DNA from: Eledone cirrhosa
Taxonomy: Eukaryota
Direction of reading: 5' to 3'
DNA length: 64,000 nt
Assembly: GCA_964016885.1 (NCBI GenBank)
Contig: OZ024743.1
Span: 114,762,001-114,826,000 of the forward strand
Below the pieces are notes generated by a model. It saw only the letters and a list, made by a program, of their open reading frames with translations. It did not search any database and was not told where the DNA came from. Every line of letters begins with the position of its first letter. Position 1 is the stretch's first letter. The translations under genes and the position numbers were made by a program. Positions 27,265 to 41,700 of the stretch are shown in pieces.

Positions 27265-27728
27265 GTGTGTGTGGGGGTGTATGTGAATGTGTCTGTTGAC
27301 ACCTGGAATATAGCTTAAGAGAAATATGACAATAATGATATGATAGGCAACCAATATATTGAACTGGTTTATACAATTCTCTTGGCTTTTGTCACTCTAA
27401 GTAGAGCTTTAAAGACTTAGCTTTTAAAGAATTTCCCTTTTCTTTAAATTCATCAACCATGACCGACCCCCAAACTATCTTATAGACACCTGAAATATAG
27501 GCATTGTTAGCTTAAGAGAAACTTAAAAATAAGGAGTGGCACCCCATTCTGAACTTGTTTATAGAATTCTTTCTGCCTCTGTCACTCTAAATATAAATTA
27601 TAGCCTTAAATAATTAGCTTTTAATGAAGTCCCTTTTCTTTTAACCAATGACCTCCACCCATCCCACTCCCCACCCTCTCCTACCACATGAACAGATATA
27701 AATACCACAACATTTATTTTGGAAAGCC

Positions 27729-27779
27729 AGATTCCTGATGACTTCTAAAGAATGAAACAGTTCTAGTCCTGTAGAATCT
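27729..27779 (+). ncRNA. Type-I hammerhead ribozyme
   Basis: agattc-CTGATGA-cttct(aa)agaat-GAAA-cag(ttctagtc)ctg-TA-gaatct. Confidence 0.8.
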
Positions 27780-27866
27780 CATCTATATTAAAGCTTTTAT
27801 ACGCTGCTATGTATTGAGTACCTTACTTACTGTGGTTACCTCCGATTCAACCCGGAATAACTTACC

Positions 27867-27953
<87 letters not shown>

Positions 27954-28029
27954 ATATATATACATTTATATATATATACATATATATATACATATATATA
28001 TATATACGCATATATATATATATTTACAC

Positions 28030-28591
<562 letters not shown>

Positions 28592-28612
28592 ATAATTATT
28601 TTTATCATTATA

Positions 28613-28826
28613 AGGGCGGTGGATCGGCAGCATCGGTAGAATGTCGAAGAACATGGTTTGCAGCTTAGAGTTACGGACCTTTACTTCTGAATTCAAATCC
28701 CACTGAGATTAGCTTTGCCTTTCATCCATACGGGGTCGATTAAAGCACCCGTAACACACTTGGGTCGATTTAAAAACTTTCTCCTCCCCCAAATTTCTGG
28801 CCTTGTGCCTATATAAGAAACCATTA
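28613..28826 (+). mobile_element. SINE copy, near full length
   Basis: ggcggtggatcggcagcatcggtag (A-box-like), gaattcaaatccc (B-box-like), then gctttgcctttcatccatacggggtcgat. Confidence 0.75.
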
Positions 28827-29129
28827 TTATATTTTCCGTTGATTTCGCTTCATGTGAAATAACTACCGAATATCAGCCAGATACTTAGGGTAGGTTTCGT
28901 GAGTTCGGGAAGTTTTCGATAGGTTTTTTGTTTGTTTCGTCCTCACATTCAATTAACGATGTCATATGACAACATTTGATAGGTAAATAATGTTTTAAAA
29001 AAGCTATCGAAAACAACCAAACCAACCATGCCTACTCTAAGCATCTTATTGATTATTGTTGTTGTTGTTTTATTATATTCCGGCCCATAACACTGCTGAA
29101 CGCAGAGGGTTGGCGCTTGTCGTCATGAG

Positions 29130-30700
29130 TTTTGTGGGAGAGGCGCAGACATGCACCATTCCCAAGAGAATCATTCTCGACTACCTCTACCTCATATACA
29201 TCGTGGAGTGGGTTGCTAAAGACCTAGCATGGATGGGGCCCTAATCAATTCAGATCAATCGAAAGCACTCTATAGGGACGAAAGCATTCTATTCTGGTGG
29301 CCGTCTTCAGTGCGGCCGGATTTGGACCAGTTTATAGAGGATGGGTCGCTGTCATGCATGCGCTGTGTCCGCGGCGAAGTTTATCTCTTCTCGTCTCTGT
29401 TGTATGCATTGACTCTAGAGCAGTTACTGCACAAACTGAAGACGTGGAGGGCCATCCCACACGATGCGGGGAAAACCGTACCAGCTTATGCCGACAGCGT
29501 CACTGTAGTGGAGTCGAAGGCCAAAAATAATTCGAGGCGATCGGCAATACTCTAAAAGAATATGAGGCGGTGAGGGGAGCAAAGATTAACCAGCAAATGT
29601 CGGTGGGCCTGCAGCTCGGCACCTGGGCGATGGACGGACGGAAAGGTTAAATTTCCAGGGGTCTGGTTTGGTCCAGATCTCCAGATGGACAGAAACTGGT
29701 ACGAAGTATCGAACAGAGTGGCCTCTCTCACACAGAAATGGGCTGTGTGAAAGATATCTCATCTATTACCACCTGAACGCCGTGCCTTGTTCTAAGCCTC
29801 GTCTGATTGCACTGGGACGTTTGCTCTTTCACTTTTTGTGGAAGGCACGCACTCCGATGGACAAGAGGTTCATTAGCTGTCAACACATGCTACATGGATG
29901 AATGCGCATGCTGTGGTTGATGATGCACTGGCATGCGATGAGTCTATGACATCTCCAGATTTCCCTAGACGGTGAACAGGTGTGGTCTCCTTTCGCTAGG
30001 CACGTTTTTCCCCATCTCGTCTACTTGACGGAGCTGTAATCCTGGGTCAAGCGGAGACGGAAGAGAGCGCTTGGAAACCGTAATTTCTCCAAGCACTCAC
30101 TGCCCTTTGTCAATCGAACTTTGCGATAGAGGGGTAGTGGAGGACAAGAGCGACGACGACCTTGGGGAAAATCTGGGTGACGGCGAATGTCAACTAGCTA
30201 TTATCTGCCGGAAGACATTCTGTCCAGGGCCAATGGATAACTTAGAGAAATCCCTGGCCTGTTAGTGCTACTGAGGAGCTTTGCCAGTTCTAGATAAACT
30301 TTACAGACAAGGAAGTACTTGTCCGAGATGCGCGCGGGGCAACGGGACCATCCTGCACGTACTTGTCCAGTGTCCGAGTATTGCTGATTTGTTTGGTTTA
30401 TGTCGAACATCTGCTGTCACGTGTAGGATGCATCCAGCTATCAGCCGAGTCCATCATAAAGATTTCCCCACCATCCTCCTTTCACCAGGAAGGGCAGGCA
30501 GCTTTTATATGCCATATGGCTACGGTGAAAGAGGTCGCATGGTGGACGCGTCTGAATTAGTTGAAGGCAGGCACTTTCCTCTTCGACGACGCTATAATTA
30601 ACTTTTTCAGGTTTCACCTGAAAAGCAAAATCATTGATTAGTTTTGCGGACACAAACGGGTAGCAATAAACAAAGGTGCAAGAAAGGTTAGACAATCGGC
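29130..30700 (+). pseudogene. Degraded L1/Tx1-clade LINE ORF2 (RT plus C-terminal zinc finger)
   Basis: Fragments GALINSDQSKAL (cf. LDQxKAFD), AYADSVTV (cf. YADD), GAKINQQMS and CPRCARGNGTILHVLVQCP (CCHC). Many frameshifts. Confidence 0.7.
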
Positions 30701-30825
30701 ATCCGTGAAGCCTTTCTAGTATGATATAAACCCATGGAGGTCAGTCTACGACGGAATATTGGCAGAATAATGAAGTAGATAGCAATAAAGTATTACTTCT
30801 CCACATAATATTTATATTACAAATA

Positions 30826-31014
30826 ATTATTTCTACTTTTGGCACACGGCCAGCAATTACCCCAGTGCATTACTGGTGCTTTATTTTATCGAACCCGTAA
30901 GTATGAAAGGCAAGTTAACCTCGGCGGGATTTGAAATCAGAACGTAAGGGCCATAACTCTATGCTACAAAGCATGGTGTCTGGTGCTCTACTGATACTGC
31001 CAATCCAACGCCCT
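30826..31014 (-). mobile_element. SINE copy
   Basis: Closely matches 16181-16370 and 52858-53042. Confidence 0.75.
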
Positions 31015-31280
31015 TTATCATATAAATCATATACATAATGCGGTTAAGTAAAACCTTATACTTTCTACTTCATATATATAAGCACATCTATATCAACACA
31101 TTAAAACCGCTAACTCATTAAATATATATATTTATATATGTGTATGTACATACATACATACATGCATGCCTATATCACATGCGATGCACCTTTAACTACA
31201 AATGGAATTATAGAGGCGTTGTCATCGGCATTTAAACTTGGAGGGACAGGCCGAACTTCTTCCAAGGAAGTAGAAAGCCA

Positions 31281-31286
31281 GAGAGA

Positions 31287-31361
<75 letters not shown>

Positions 31362-31370
31362 AGAGAGAGA
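31281..31370. repeat. (GA)n microsatellite
   Basis: Direct reading. Confidence 0.95.
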
Positions 31371-31385
31371 AGATCTGCCACAGTA

Positions 31386-31510
31386 TTGAACTGTTACTTA
31401 TTTTATTAACCCCGAAAAGATGAATTCGGCGTTATTTAAACTCAGATCGCAGCAAGCAGAAACAAATATTATTTAAGATGGTCTAACGATTCTGTCAATT
31501 CCCCACCTTG
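31386..31510 (-). mobile_element. SINE fragment
   Basis: ttattttattaaccccgaaaagatgaa...aactcag...aacgattctgtcaattc. Confidence 0.5.
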
Positions 31511-31740
31511 AATAATAAAAATCTAATCATTACCAATAATAGCAGAGCTACCACTGTATCCTACTCATCATAAATGACAATAAACGCCAACAAGGGAGGG
31601 TCTGCATATAATGTTGTATTGATGATAAATACTATTTATATTTGCAAATATTGTAATTTAGCGCCAGGTCAGTTTTTATCGACCTCTCCATTCACAATCA
31701 CCTAACTCCTTATGTCTTGTGTAAACTGGAATACATAGCG

Positions 31741-32190
31741 CAGCGACTTGGCAGAGTTGTTAGAAACGTCAGATCGATTGCTTTACCCTATTCGTCCTAG
31801 GTCTCCGATTCCCAATTCAAAATCTGCCGTCGTCAAATTTGACTTTCATTATTCCGATGAAGATTAAGTCAGGGCTCGATTCTTTTTCTATATCTCTTTC
31901 TTATTTCAACTCTCTCTTTCTCTCTCTCCGAAAGAAACAGGCTGCGTTCAGATTTGGAGCTGGAATGGGTTCCACCAGGTTTCAAACTGCCAAACATACT
32001 GTATGTGGCTACGGCGCCCCTACAGCTCCACTAAGAATTGTGGGGTCATAAATTATACATTGCCTAATATGACTATTATGTCAGGGCGTGATTAGAACTA
32101 TATCTGGCTGGAGCTTCTAACAGGTAGAGCGACTGCCTAGACTCTTCTTCATCGACTAGAACGGACACTTTATATGCGATGTTGTAATGT
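31741..32190 (+). mobile_element. SINE head plus extended tail (composite)
   Basis: Head ttggcagagttgttag...aattcaaaatctgccgtcgtcaaatttgactttcat. The tail is similar to 55270-55440 (-). Confidence 0.55.
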
Positions 32191-33884
32191 GGGCAGAACA
32201 CTTTCGACGATGTAAATCATTGCAACTTAGATTTTTATTCTTATAGCAGGAAGTGCTTTTCATAAGAATAATTTTTAATTTAATTATGCAATGAACAATG
32301 ATGATTTTTTCAATTATTGTAATATAAATTTAATAAAGAAAGATGATGGAACATTTAAACTAATATAGAACACATTCACACACACACACACACACACATA
32401 TACACATATACACACATATACGCATGGATACACAGACAGACACACATATTTATCCGCCCATACACAAGAGGAAAATAAAAGATAAATAAAGTAATGTAGA
32501 GAGAAGGCAAATCATGTACATCATGAAGAAAAAGATCTTTCTTCTAGAAACAATAAAATAATGGATGAATTAATTTTGTATGAATTTTACACTTGAAGAT
32601 CATGTTTTATTAGCGCTGGGAAAATCTTTTAATCTGATGTGTTTGATCTCATCACATGGAAACATTCTATTCTCGTGGAATCTTTAATGTGGAATCTTTA
32701 ATTCGTTTCGATGGAAATAAACAAAGAATTTGCTTTAATTGATTTTAGTTTCGTAGCGGCTGCATTAACAACGTGAAGAACAAAAACTAAAATAGATAGA
32801 ATAAATAAATAAATAAAATAAATAAATATAGATAAATGATAATTTCAGTAATTCATCGATTTGTTATATCCATCAACCCTGATTGATCACAATCATGATC
32901 ATTTGTATATTTGTATATTTTGTACATATTAAGTAAATAATTTTCCAATGATCTGAACAAAGCCCTGGAGTCACAAGCTGATAGATAAGATGCTTTCAAT
33001 GAGATGTTCACAAAGATGGCTGTTGAAATACCAATATATATATATATAATCCGTACGAAAATGGAAAATCTCAGCTCACATAAGCTGTTAAAACACCAAA
33101 ATGCCGTCAATGACGGCGTGGGGTAAAATTTACCTCAAAGGATAGAAATCAGCGGCTAGAAGTGATTTGGCTCGACGTTGAAACGGCACGAGCTTAGCCG
33201 TTGGGTCCGGACCTTTATAATATACATATATATATATATTTATATGTGTGAGTATGTATATATATGTGAGTAGCGTGTCTGTGTGTAATAGAATTAATGA
33301 GAATGGAATAATCCACTAATATTTTGGTAAGGCGCGTCAAGCACAATCCGTTATTCAGGTCCAAAGTACGCAGGTATCAAAGTCGAGGGTGTACTATAAA
33401 TCATCAATACAAAATGAAAACCAACTTTACTATTCAAATTCCATCTTTATGTTCTGCAATTGTTTCTATGGGGATAAATGTAGGGCTAGAAGAAAGAATC
33501 AGTTAAGTAATAGGTCAAACAATTCTTATTCTCCTTCTTTTAAAGTCTATTCTTGATACCATTTGAACTTGATAAACCTTGTTCATTCTCACATTTTCCT
33601 TAAGATATGCAGCTATAGGTATTATGTATGGTGTTAATGATTGATAATTAATTATTTCTAGTTGTTTACATATGCATGTACCATTGTAACCGTATTGAAA
33701 TGGACGTGGAAATTAAACAATGAATGTAAGTTGTTAACCTTGGTATTTTGTCGTGTTGAATATTAATGCTAAGCTACCTGAACTGTCCTCAGCAACAAGA
33801 ACTTTAACTGTCGATGACTAATTCGTATAATTTAAACTCCTTCGCTCACCTTACCAAAGATAATAATTAAGTACTGTACTATAA

Positions 33885-33967
<83 letters not shown>

Positions 33968-34103
33968 TAAGTATGTTTTGAAACAGTGAGCAGGTTTGAA
34001 ATTGGAAAATAGAATAGCTTTCACCGTATTTTTTACTATAGGATTTTTAGCCTGATAATGGGATTTAGAACCCTCAGATAAATGGAAAAAGATGAGAATT
34101 GAC

Positions 34104-34140
<37 letters not shown>

Positions 34141-34143
<3 letters not shown>

Positions 34144-34775
34144 CGTTTCTGAATTTGTTTAGCAAGATTCTTTATCTGAAATCGTGTGTTGAAACCGATA
34201 TTGTTATACTTTGGGAGGGTCATGTTGCCAATAAGAAACACACGCACCAGTTGCTTTCACTTCAATTTAATTTATTAAATATTTATAAATTTACAAATTT
34301 ATAAATTTCTGGTTGGAAATTGAAAACACACACAAAATGAAAACACACACAAGACAAAATGAAAACACACACACACATAGAACAAACAACCAACCAACAA
34401 TAAATAAATAAATAAACAAACAAATAGAAAAATATAAATAGAAAAATAGAAAAATGAACACAAACACACACAGACACCCGGATGTGGCGCATGCGCAAAC
34501 TGAGCACGCAACCCACACACAAACAAAATGGCGTAGGATAGAAGAAAGGAAAGGCACAGAAACGAAGAAAGAAATCCCCAGTCACTGAAGAGGTCACAGA
34601 GTGTGTGACGAAAGAACTATGACTATATATATATAAACAACTATCTGGTTGTGGAACCAACCAACCAACCAGAAATTTATAAATTTGTAAATTTATAAAT
34701 ATTTAATAAATTAAATTGAAGTGAAAGCAACTGGTGCGTGTGTTTCTTATTGGCAACATGACCCTCCCAAAGTAT

Positions 34776-34781
<6 letters not shown>
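34141..34781. mobile_element. Foldback element, family A
   Basis: Tail 34141-34196, inverted arms ~34197-34316 and ~34665-34781, and (TA)n flanks. Confidence 0.8.
34580..34624 (+). ncRNA. Minimal hammerhead (family A)
   Basis: agtca-CTGAAGA-g-gtcac(agagtgt)gtgac-GAAA-gaac-TA-tgact. Confidence 0.7.
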
Positions 34782-34809
<28 letters not shown>

Positions 34810-34810
<1 letters not shown>

Positions 34811-34972
34811 AAAGTGGTCGTGGAGGTGCCACGGCAAAAAAGCACCCAGCACTCACAGTAAATGAGGTTGGTGTTAGGAAGGCCATCCAGCTGTAGAAAT
34901 CAAGCCAGAATCAATTCCCGTCCCACCCTTGCAAGCAGGGAAAAGCGGACGTAAAATGAAATGATGAAATGA

Positions 34973-34976
<4 letters not shown>
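34810..34976 (+). mobile_element. 3' part of a second SINE-like family with (ATG)-type tail
   Basis: gttaggaaggccatccagctgtagaaa...ggacgtaaaatgaaatgatgaaatgatgat. Confidence 0.5.
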
Positions 34977-35015
<39 letters not shown>

Positions 35016-35445
35016 CGTGTGTGTCTGTGTGCAGAAATACCGCAAATTTGCAGATTGACTCACACACAGAATTATAGAACTGAATTCTGAGAATAGTGCA
35101 AATTAAATAATTTAAATCAAGTCAAAGAGAATGAATTATATTCGATAAATGCGATTTCATCTGGCTTATTTTCAAAATCGCAATTTGAAACGATGCCAGA
35201 TATAACGGCGATTAATCGTAATCTAGATATGTCTCTTAAATTTGGATTGAATAACACTTACACTCCCACACACACCAGCACACGCACATACACACACACT
35301 CGCATACACACAATGACCAACTCACAAATAATAACACCTATATATATATATATATATGTGTGAATATCTCAATGTATCTATTTATCTAACAATCAATCTA
35401 TATATATATTTATCTGTAAAAAAGGAAATATAAAGAAGCACAGGA

Positions 35446-35517
<72 letters not shown>

Positions 35518-35933
35518 TATAATATATAAATATATATTTATCTGTAATAAAGGAAATATATAAAAGCACAGGAATATATTTGTATATATATATATAATAC
35601 AGTAAGTATAGTGAAGGCCAGATGAAGTCATGTATAAATTCATTTATATAGCTATTAGATATATTTTGGTGGCTTCGATGATTCGGTGGTGTGGGTGTGT
35701 TTTTACTCAACTAACGGCCAGAGTTTATCACATAGCAATAATGATATGTAAAACAATCAGCTTTTAAGACAGGAGGGGCGAGTCAGATGAATGGTAGCTG
35801 GCTAAATGCCGGCTCCTGATGTTGAAAAACTTATAAATTGCTTGTTTTACCTATTATTAACTATTAATGCTATCTGTCATATCGAACCGTTATTTGGGTG
35901 AAACACACCTCCTAATCGTTATTCCGAGGGAAA

Positions 35934-35968
<35 letters not shown>

Positions 35969-36414
35969 CGTGTGTGTGTATGTGAGTGTGTGTGTGTTTG
36001 CATGAATCTGTGTGTATGCGTGGGGTGGAGGCAAATCCTTTAATTTGCACCCATCAGTCATTCCCTTTAAACTAACATTATATCTATAAAATTAACTTTT
36101 CCTTCGGTTTGGTGGTATCTTTATTTACTGAAACAAAATGTACCGCTGATGATGTGGTCTTTACCTGTATATTGTTTATTGTATATATTTCTTCTCTGGA
36201 AACATACAACTTATTTTCATCATGAAAGTAACTTTTTTATATCTATCACTTCCTCATAGTTCTTGTTTAAATCTTTGAGTGGCTCTGTGTATGTTATATA
36301 AATCTTGGAAGGCCCTCTTTATGAAAATTACATCAGAAGTAGTCACAAAAAATGAATACATTTATGTCCCCTAAACTGTTCACTATATGTAGGACCCTTG
36401 TGGCCAATAAAGAA

Positions 36415-36447
<33 letters not shown>

Positions 36448-36964
36448 GTTATTATAATCAATACTATTATTATTTATTTTTTACCTTTATATTTCTTTTT
36501 GTTCCTTTTATTTTTTAAATTTATTTTTATTCTTTTCATCTTTCCCCTCTTATGTGGTCTTTAAATATAAACGTACAGATATTCATTTACCTACTTCCCC
36601 ACACCTGTAAACCTTTTAATATGAGTTTATAAGGGGATCTCGGGACATCTACTAACAGTTTAGATGTCTCTTTGCTCAGATAAGATCACATATCTGACGA
36701 GATGTCGAGGAAGACTGTGGCCCCGTCGTTTTGATTGTACCCTGAGCTGATAAATAGCAAAACAATTTTAATATCTTAATAAAATTGGTACATATGCTGC
36801 AACACTGACTTCGACTCCATTTATTCTATATACACGCTGCACACTACAGCTGCCTTAAATCTGGAATACAACACAACACGCGTCAGACCTCGTAACAGCC
36901 TTAAGTTATTCGAAATGCGCGCCGCTTGCAACTCTAGCTATACCCATAACTAACACACACACAA

Positions 36965-37008
<44 letters not shown>

Positions 37009-37055
37009 ACCAGTAAGACCCCGACAGCTGAGCTCAAGCCGTTTCGACGGCTAAT

Positions 37056-37300
37056 TATTGTTATACTTTGGGAGGTTCATGTTGCCAATAAGAAACACAC
37101 GTACCAGTTGCTTTCACTCCAATTTATTATAAATTTCCGGTTGTGGAACCAACCAACCAACCGGAAATTTATAATAAATTGGAGTGGAAAATAATGGTGC
37201 GTGTGTTTCTTATTGGCAACATGACCCACCCAAAGTATAACTATATCGGTTTCAACACACGTTTTCAGATAAAGAATCTTGATAAACAAATTCAGAAACG
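37056..37300. mobile_element. Short foldback element, family A, abutting a family B fragment (37006-37053)
   Basis: Inverted arms ~37056-37143 and ~37158-37244, with the same tail as 2451-2510. Confidence 0.8.
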
Positions 37301-37486
37301 ATATATATATATATATATAGAGATTTTGAGTTTATGTTGGTTGTATACCAACACCTTAGTATGCAGGCTGGAGCACTCGACGACCCCAGTGAATTAACAA
37401 CCCAGCAAGGAACTGGGCATATCAGAGTATTGACAATATCATACACCTAAACAACATATGTACTTGTCTATACCATACTAATTCAA

Positions 37487-37541
37487 ACTGCCTGAAGAGG
37501 TCACAGCCAAAGATGGCTGTCACTGAAATATATATAGCAGT
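37487..37541 (+). ncRNA. Type-I hammerhead ribozyme
   Basis: actgc-CTGAAGA-ggtcacagcc(aaagat)ggctgtcact-GAAA-tatata-TA-gcagt, followed by aataaa. Confidence 0.8.
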
Positions 37542-37585
37542 AATAAACGAAGCTAAATTTTAATCATTTGACTTTTATTTAACTT

Positions 37586-37650
<65 letters not shown>

Positions 37651-37651
<1 letters not shown>

Positions 37652-37848
37652 CGAAGGAAGTGTGGTAAGGAGCTAGATGGACCATAACGCACCAGAGTAC
37701 TCAATACTTAGGGTAGTAGAGTGGGTAATAGGAAAATGTTCAAGACCACGACGGCAGAGCTCAAGCCGTTTCGACGGCTATTTCTGGATCAGAAATAGTC
37801 GTCGAAACGGCTTGAGCTCTGCCGTCGGGGTCTTGAACATTTTCCTAT
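37651..37848. mobile_element. Mini foldback, family B
   Basis: Tail 37651-37727 is the reverse complement of 15065-15146. Arms are 37728-37786 and 37790-37848. Confidence 0.8.
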
Positions 37849-38135
37849 ATATATATATATAATTATAACGATCTAGACAATTAGACTTCGTCTAGCTTCG
37901 CCGCAAACCACTCAATGAATTTATAAAAATCGTATGTTGTAAATATGTAAATCAGCGGGGACAATAATATCTTAGATGGTGGATAAACGTGTTAGGCTCG
38001 GATTAGAAAAATACTCTGTACTGTAGACTTTCATCGCCAAGTATTATGCGCAGGTTGATTGATTACCAAATATCGTACCCAGAAACCATGTGGCGTTTCC
38101 TAAAAATAAATTCACAAGCTTCACGTAGCCAGAAC

Positions 38136-38289
<154 letters not shown>

Positions 38290-38712
38290 TATATATATAT
38301 GTGTGTGTGAGTGTGTCTTAATCTAATACTACTTGTAATAATGTAAAGTATGGAAACAATATAGATTTAGAATATCTACCATTGAAACCAAAATCATTTA
38401 TGGCTTTAAAAAAAAAGATATTGTCGAACAACTAAGCATTAAGGGTGAATGTATATTATTCCTTTTATCAAGAGTTCATTAAATGAAATAATAAGATGGA
38501 AAGAATAAACTGAATCATTGTATTATATGAAACCTGGCTACTACCCAACATAATCTAATTTGATATAATTTTATTTTCATCCCGCATTGAATAATGTCAT
38601 GGTACTCTCCCGATTCATGTTAATTAGTAATTTGTCATGAAAGTGAAAGCTATCACCCTTTTGCGATAATAATAATAATAATAATAATAGTAATAATAAT
38701 AATAATAATAAT

Positions 38713-41700
38713 AGAAGACGCACGAGGTGGTTGAACGTCACGAAATTGCTCCCGTAAGTTTTTTGATTTTTAACATATTTAAATCAATTGTGAAAGAACA
38801 ATTCTTAGCACAAATGTTGCATAAAGGCACCGAATGAGGTCCCATAAAGTTTCGGATCCATATTATATTGTTGTATCGCTCAAATATTCAATTTTGTATT
38901 ATATATTTTGTATTCAAAAAAAGAAAATGGTTATAAATGGAACAAAACACCCTCTGTCTACACTATATAGAACAGCGGCAATTTCAATTTCACCAACACC
39001 AGAAACTTGATACACTACCTATCCCATCACACTAAATATAACGGCAACTTCACCGGCATCATAATAATAATTACTATTATTATTGTCTCAAATTTAAAAA
39101 AATGTCTAATTCAAATTTTACGGGAATATGTCAACACAAAATATAATGAAAATATATATTAAACATACGAACACAAACTCATAGATACTATATCAGTAAC
39201 CACAACACCACCGCTGCCACCTCCCCACCACATCCATCATCGCCGCCACCACTCATTCAATGCTACTGACACTATTCCCCTGTTAACTTGAGAGAGAAAA
39301 GGGAAGGTGGTGGTAGCACTAGACAAGAGAGAGGCTAGCAAAAGATATAAATAGATTGACTTGGTGACCTTGCCACGGACAAACGTCTACATCAACAATT
39401 ATGGGACTGCTGGCTCACCCCTTCCTCACCAACAATATAAAAAGCCCCGGCACCACCACCGACATAGCCAGCAGCAATAACAGCCAACTACAACAAAAAG
39501 TATATTATATTATTGTAATGCACTGGGTGATTGCTGGCCTTGTCCCTGGAGTGGAGACAATTATTAATAATTTCATTCTTAAGCCACGCAATGCTCACAT
39601 TAAGGTACCACTCATGATAATAACAATTTAAAAAAAACAACAAAAAGAAAACCCCGTGACCAAGAAATACCGGGATGGCGGCCGGCGGGGAATAGCCATG
39701 TCTCTAGGGGAGAACGACCCCTCTAGTCTTGGTTGACACTCGTTCTAGAAGTGGTAACACGAAAAGATTACCCCTTGGCGGTTAAGGATAAAACGCGACA
39801 AAATAAGGTAGATGTCTAATGATGAAATCTCATACCGGATCGGCCGTCACCCGGGTAAAAAAGGGCCGCGTCCCTCAGAGAGGAACCAGACTGGGGTCGA
39901 AAAATCAGCTAATGGTTCAAACCTTCCCATCACTTCGGAGCTGGAGACCTCCCATAACCGGAATACTCCTACTGTTGGCCCTCCATGCTCACCACCAAGA
40001 AATCCAAAGAAAAAGAGAGAAAAATGGTCAAGGGAAGATAATAAAGAAGTCCTTGAGGCTTTCTACACTGCCATGTACTACCCATCAAATACATCGAATA
40101 CAGAGCAAACATATATCAACTGGAAAAAGAAACATCCCGAAAACAGAGGCTATATTGACAGTAACAAACTAGCCAATATACGAAGAAATATTGTAAGAAA
40201 AAAGTTACTAACTGATATAGAAATTGATCAGATCAAGCTAGTAGCACAAAGTCAGCGAAGGGAAAATGAAGCATGTGTCAGTGAAAACGAGGTAAACTGT
40301 AACACTTCGAATACCAGGGTTGGGGCGGAATCCCTGGCAACAGAACAAATTAAAGAAAGGAGCGAAAAAGTGGAGGGAGTGCATGCTCAGGATGAAACTC
40401 CAAATGAAAATAATGAGATCGTAAATGATAAAGAAATGAATGAGAATGAACTTGCCAACTTGAAGGATGAAATTATGATCGAATGGATGAAAATGAAAGA
40501 ATCTGACATGGGGGAACGAGACACTCTCCCTAAGATCCAGAACTCCAAACAGAACCAAAAGATAATACACAAGACTAACATAATTCTCAAAAACATTATC
40601 ATCACAAACAAAATAAACATTACTGACTTAAATCATCTCTATTATGCATCGGCTAAAGTCACCACTCACTTATGTGGAGTGAAGATGAAAAAACAAAGGA
40701 ATTCCCACAAGAAATCTACTTGGCAAGATAACATCAATCGCCAAATAAACCTTCTCCGATCTGACATAGAAATTTTAACAAACTATAAAGTAGGTGAACA
40801 TGTTAAACAAACTAAACTTAGAAAATTAAAAAAAAGTACAGTATAAGATCAACATGTGACATAGACATGCTGATAGAAACAATCAAGCAAAAAGTGTCGG
40901 CCAAAGCTGCTCGTATAAGGCGCTTTGAAAAACGATCTAGATTCTATAAGGACAATAATATGTTCAAAAACAACCAAAGAAACTTCTACAGAAAAATTGG
41001 TAAGTCAACAATAACTGCTAAATCAATACCACCCAAGGAGGAAGTGCAAGAATTCTGGGAAAAGATCTGGGCCGAAGAAAAAGTTCATAACATACATGCC
41101 CCATGGATAGACAGACAAATGAAAGAAACAGCTCACCTTGAAGAACAAACATGGGGAAATATAACAGTTGAACAGCTGCGCTTGGCTCTAAGAAAAACCA
41201 GCAAATGGAAATCCCCAGGAAAAGACAAAATACAAAACTTTTGGATAAATGCCTTCACAGAGTCTCATGAGCTGTTAGCCCAACTTTACAATGAAATAGT
41301 TAAGGAGCCAGAAAAGATACCATCATGGCTAGTTAACGGCATTACATTCCTGCTACCGAAGAATGATGAGACAAACAATCCCAAAAATTACAGACCGATA
41401 ACCTGCTTGACCACAATGTATAAAATTTTAACATCAGTCCTAACTGAATACACATATGACCACCTGATAACAAATGACCTATTTCCCATTGAGCAGAAAG
41501 GGTGTAAACGAGGCTCATATGGCTGTAAGGATCAGCTTCTGGTTAACAAAATGATACTGGAAGATTGTCATAATAGACACAAAAATCTATCGATTGCTTG
41601 GATAGATTATAAAAAAGCATTTGATAGTTTGCCACACAGTTGGATTGAAAAATGTTTAGAGATTTTCAAAATATCCCCCGTTGTCAGGAGGTTTTTGTCA

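Noticed and set aside
39660-39811. GC-rich 5' UTR of R4 copy 1 as an HDV-like ribozyme
   Set aside because: I could not assemble the P1/P2/P3/P1.1 double pseudoknot by eye. It needs a descriptor search.
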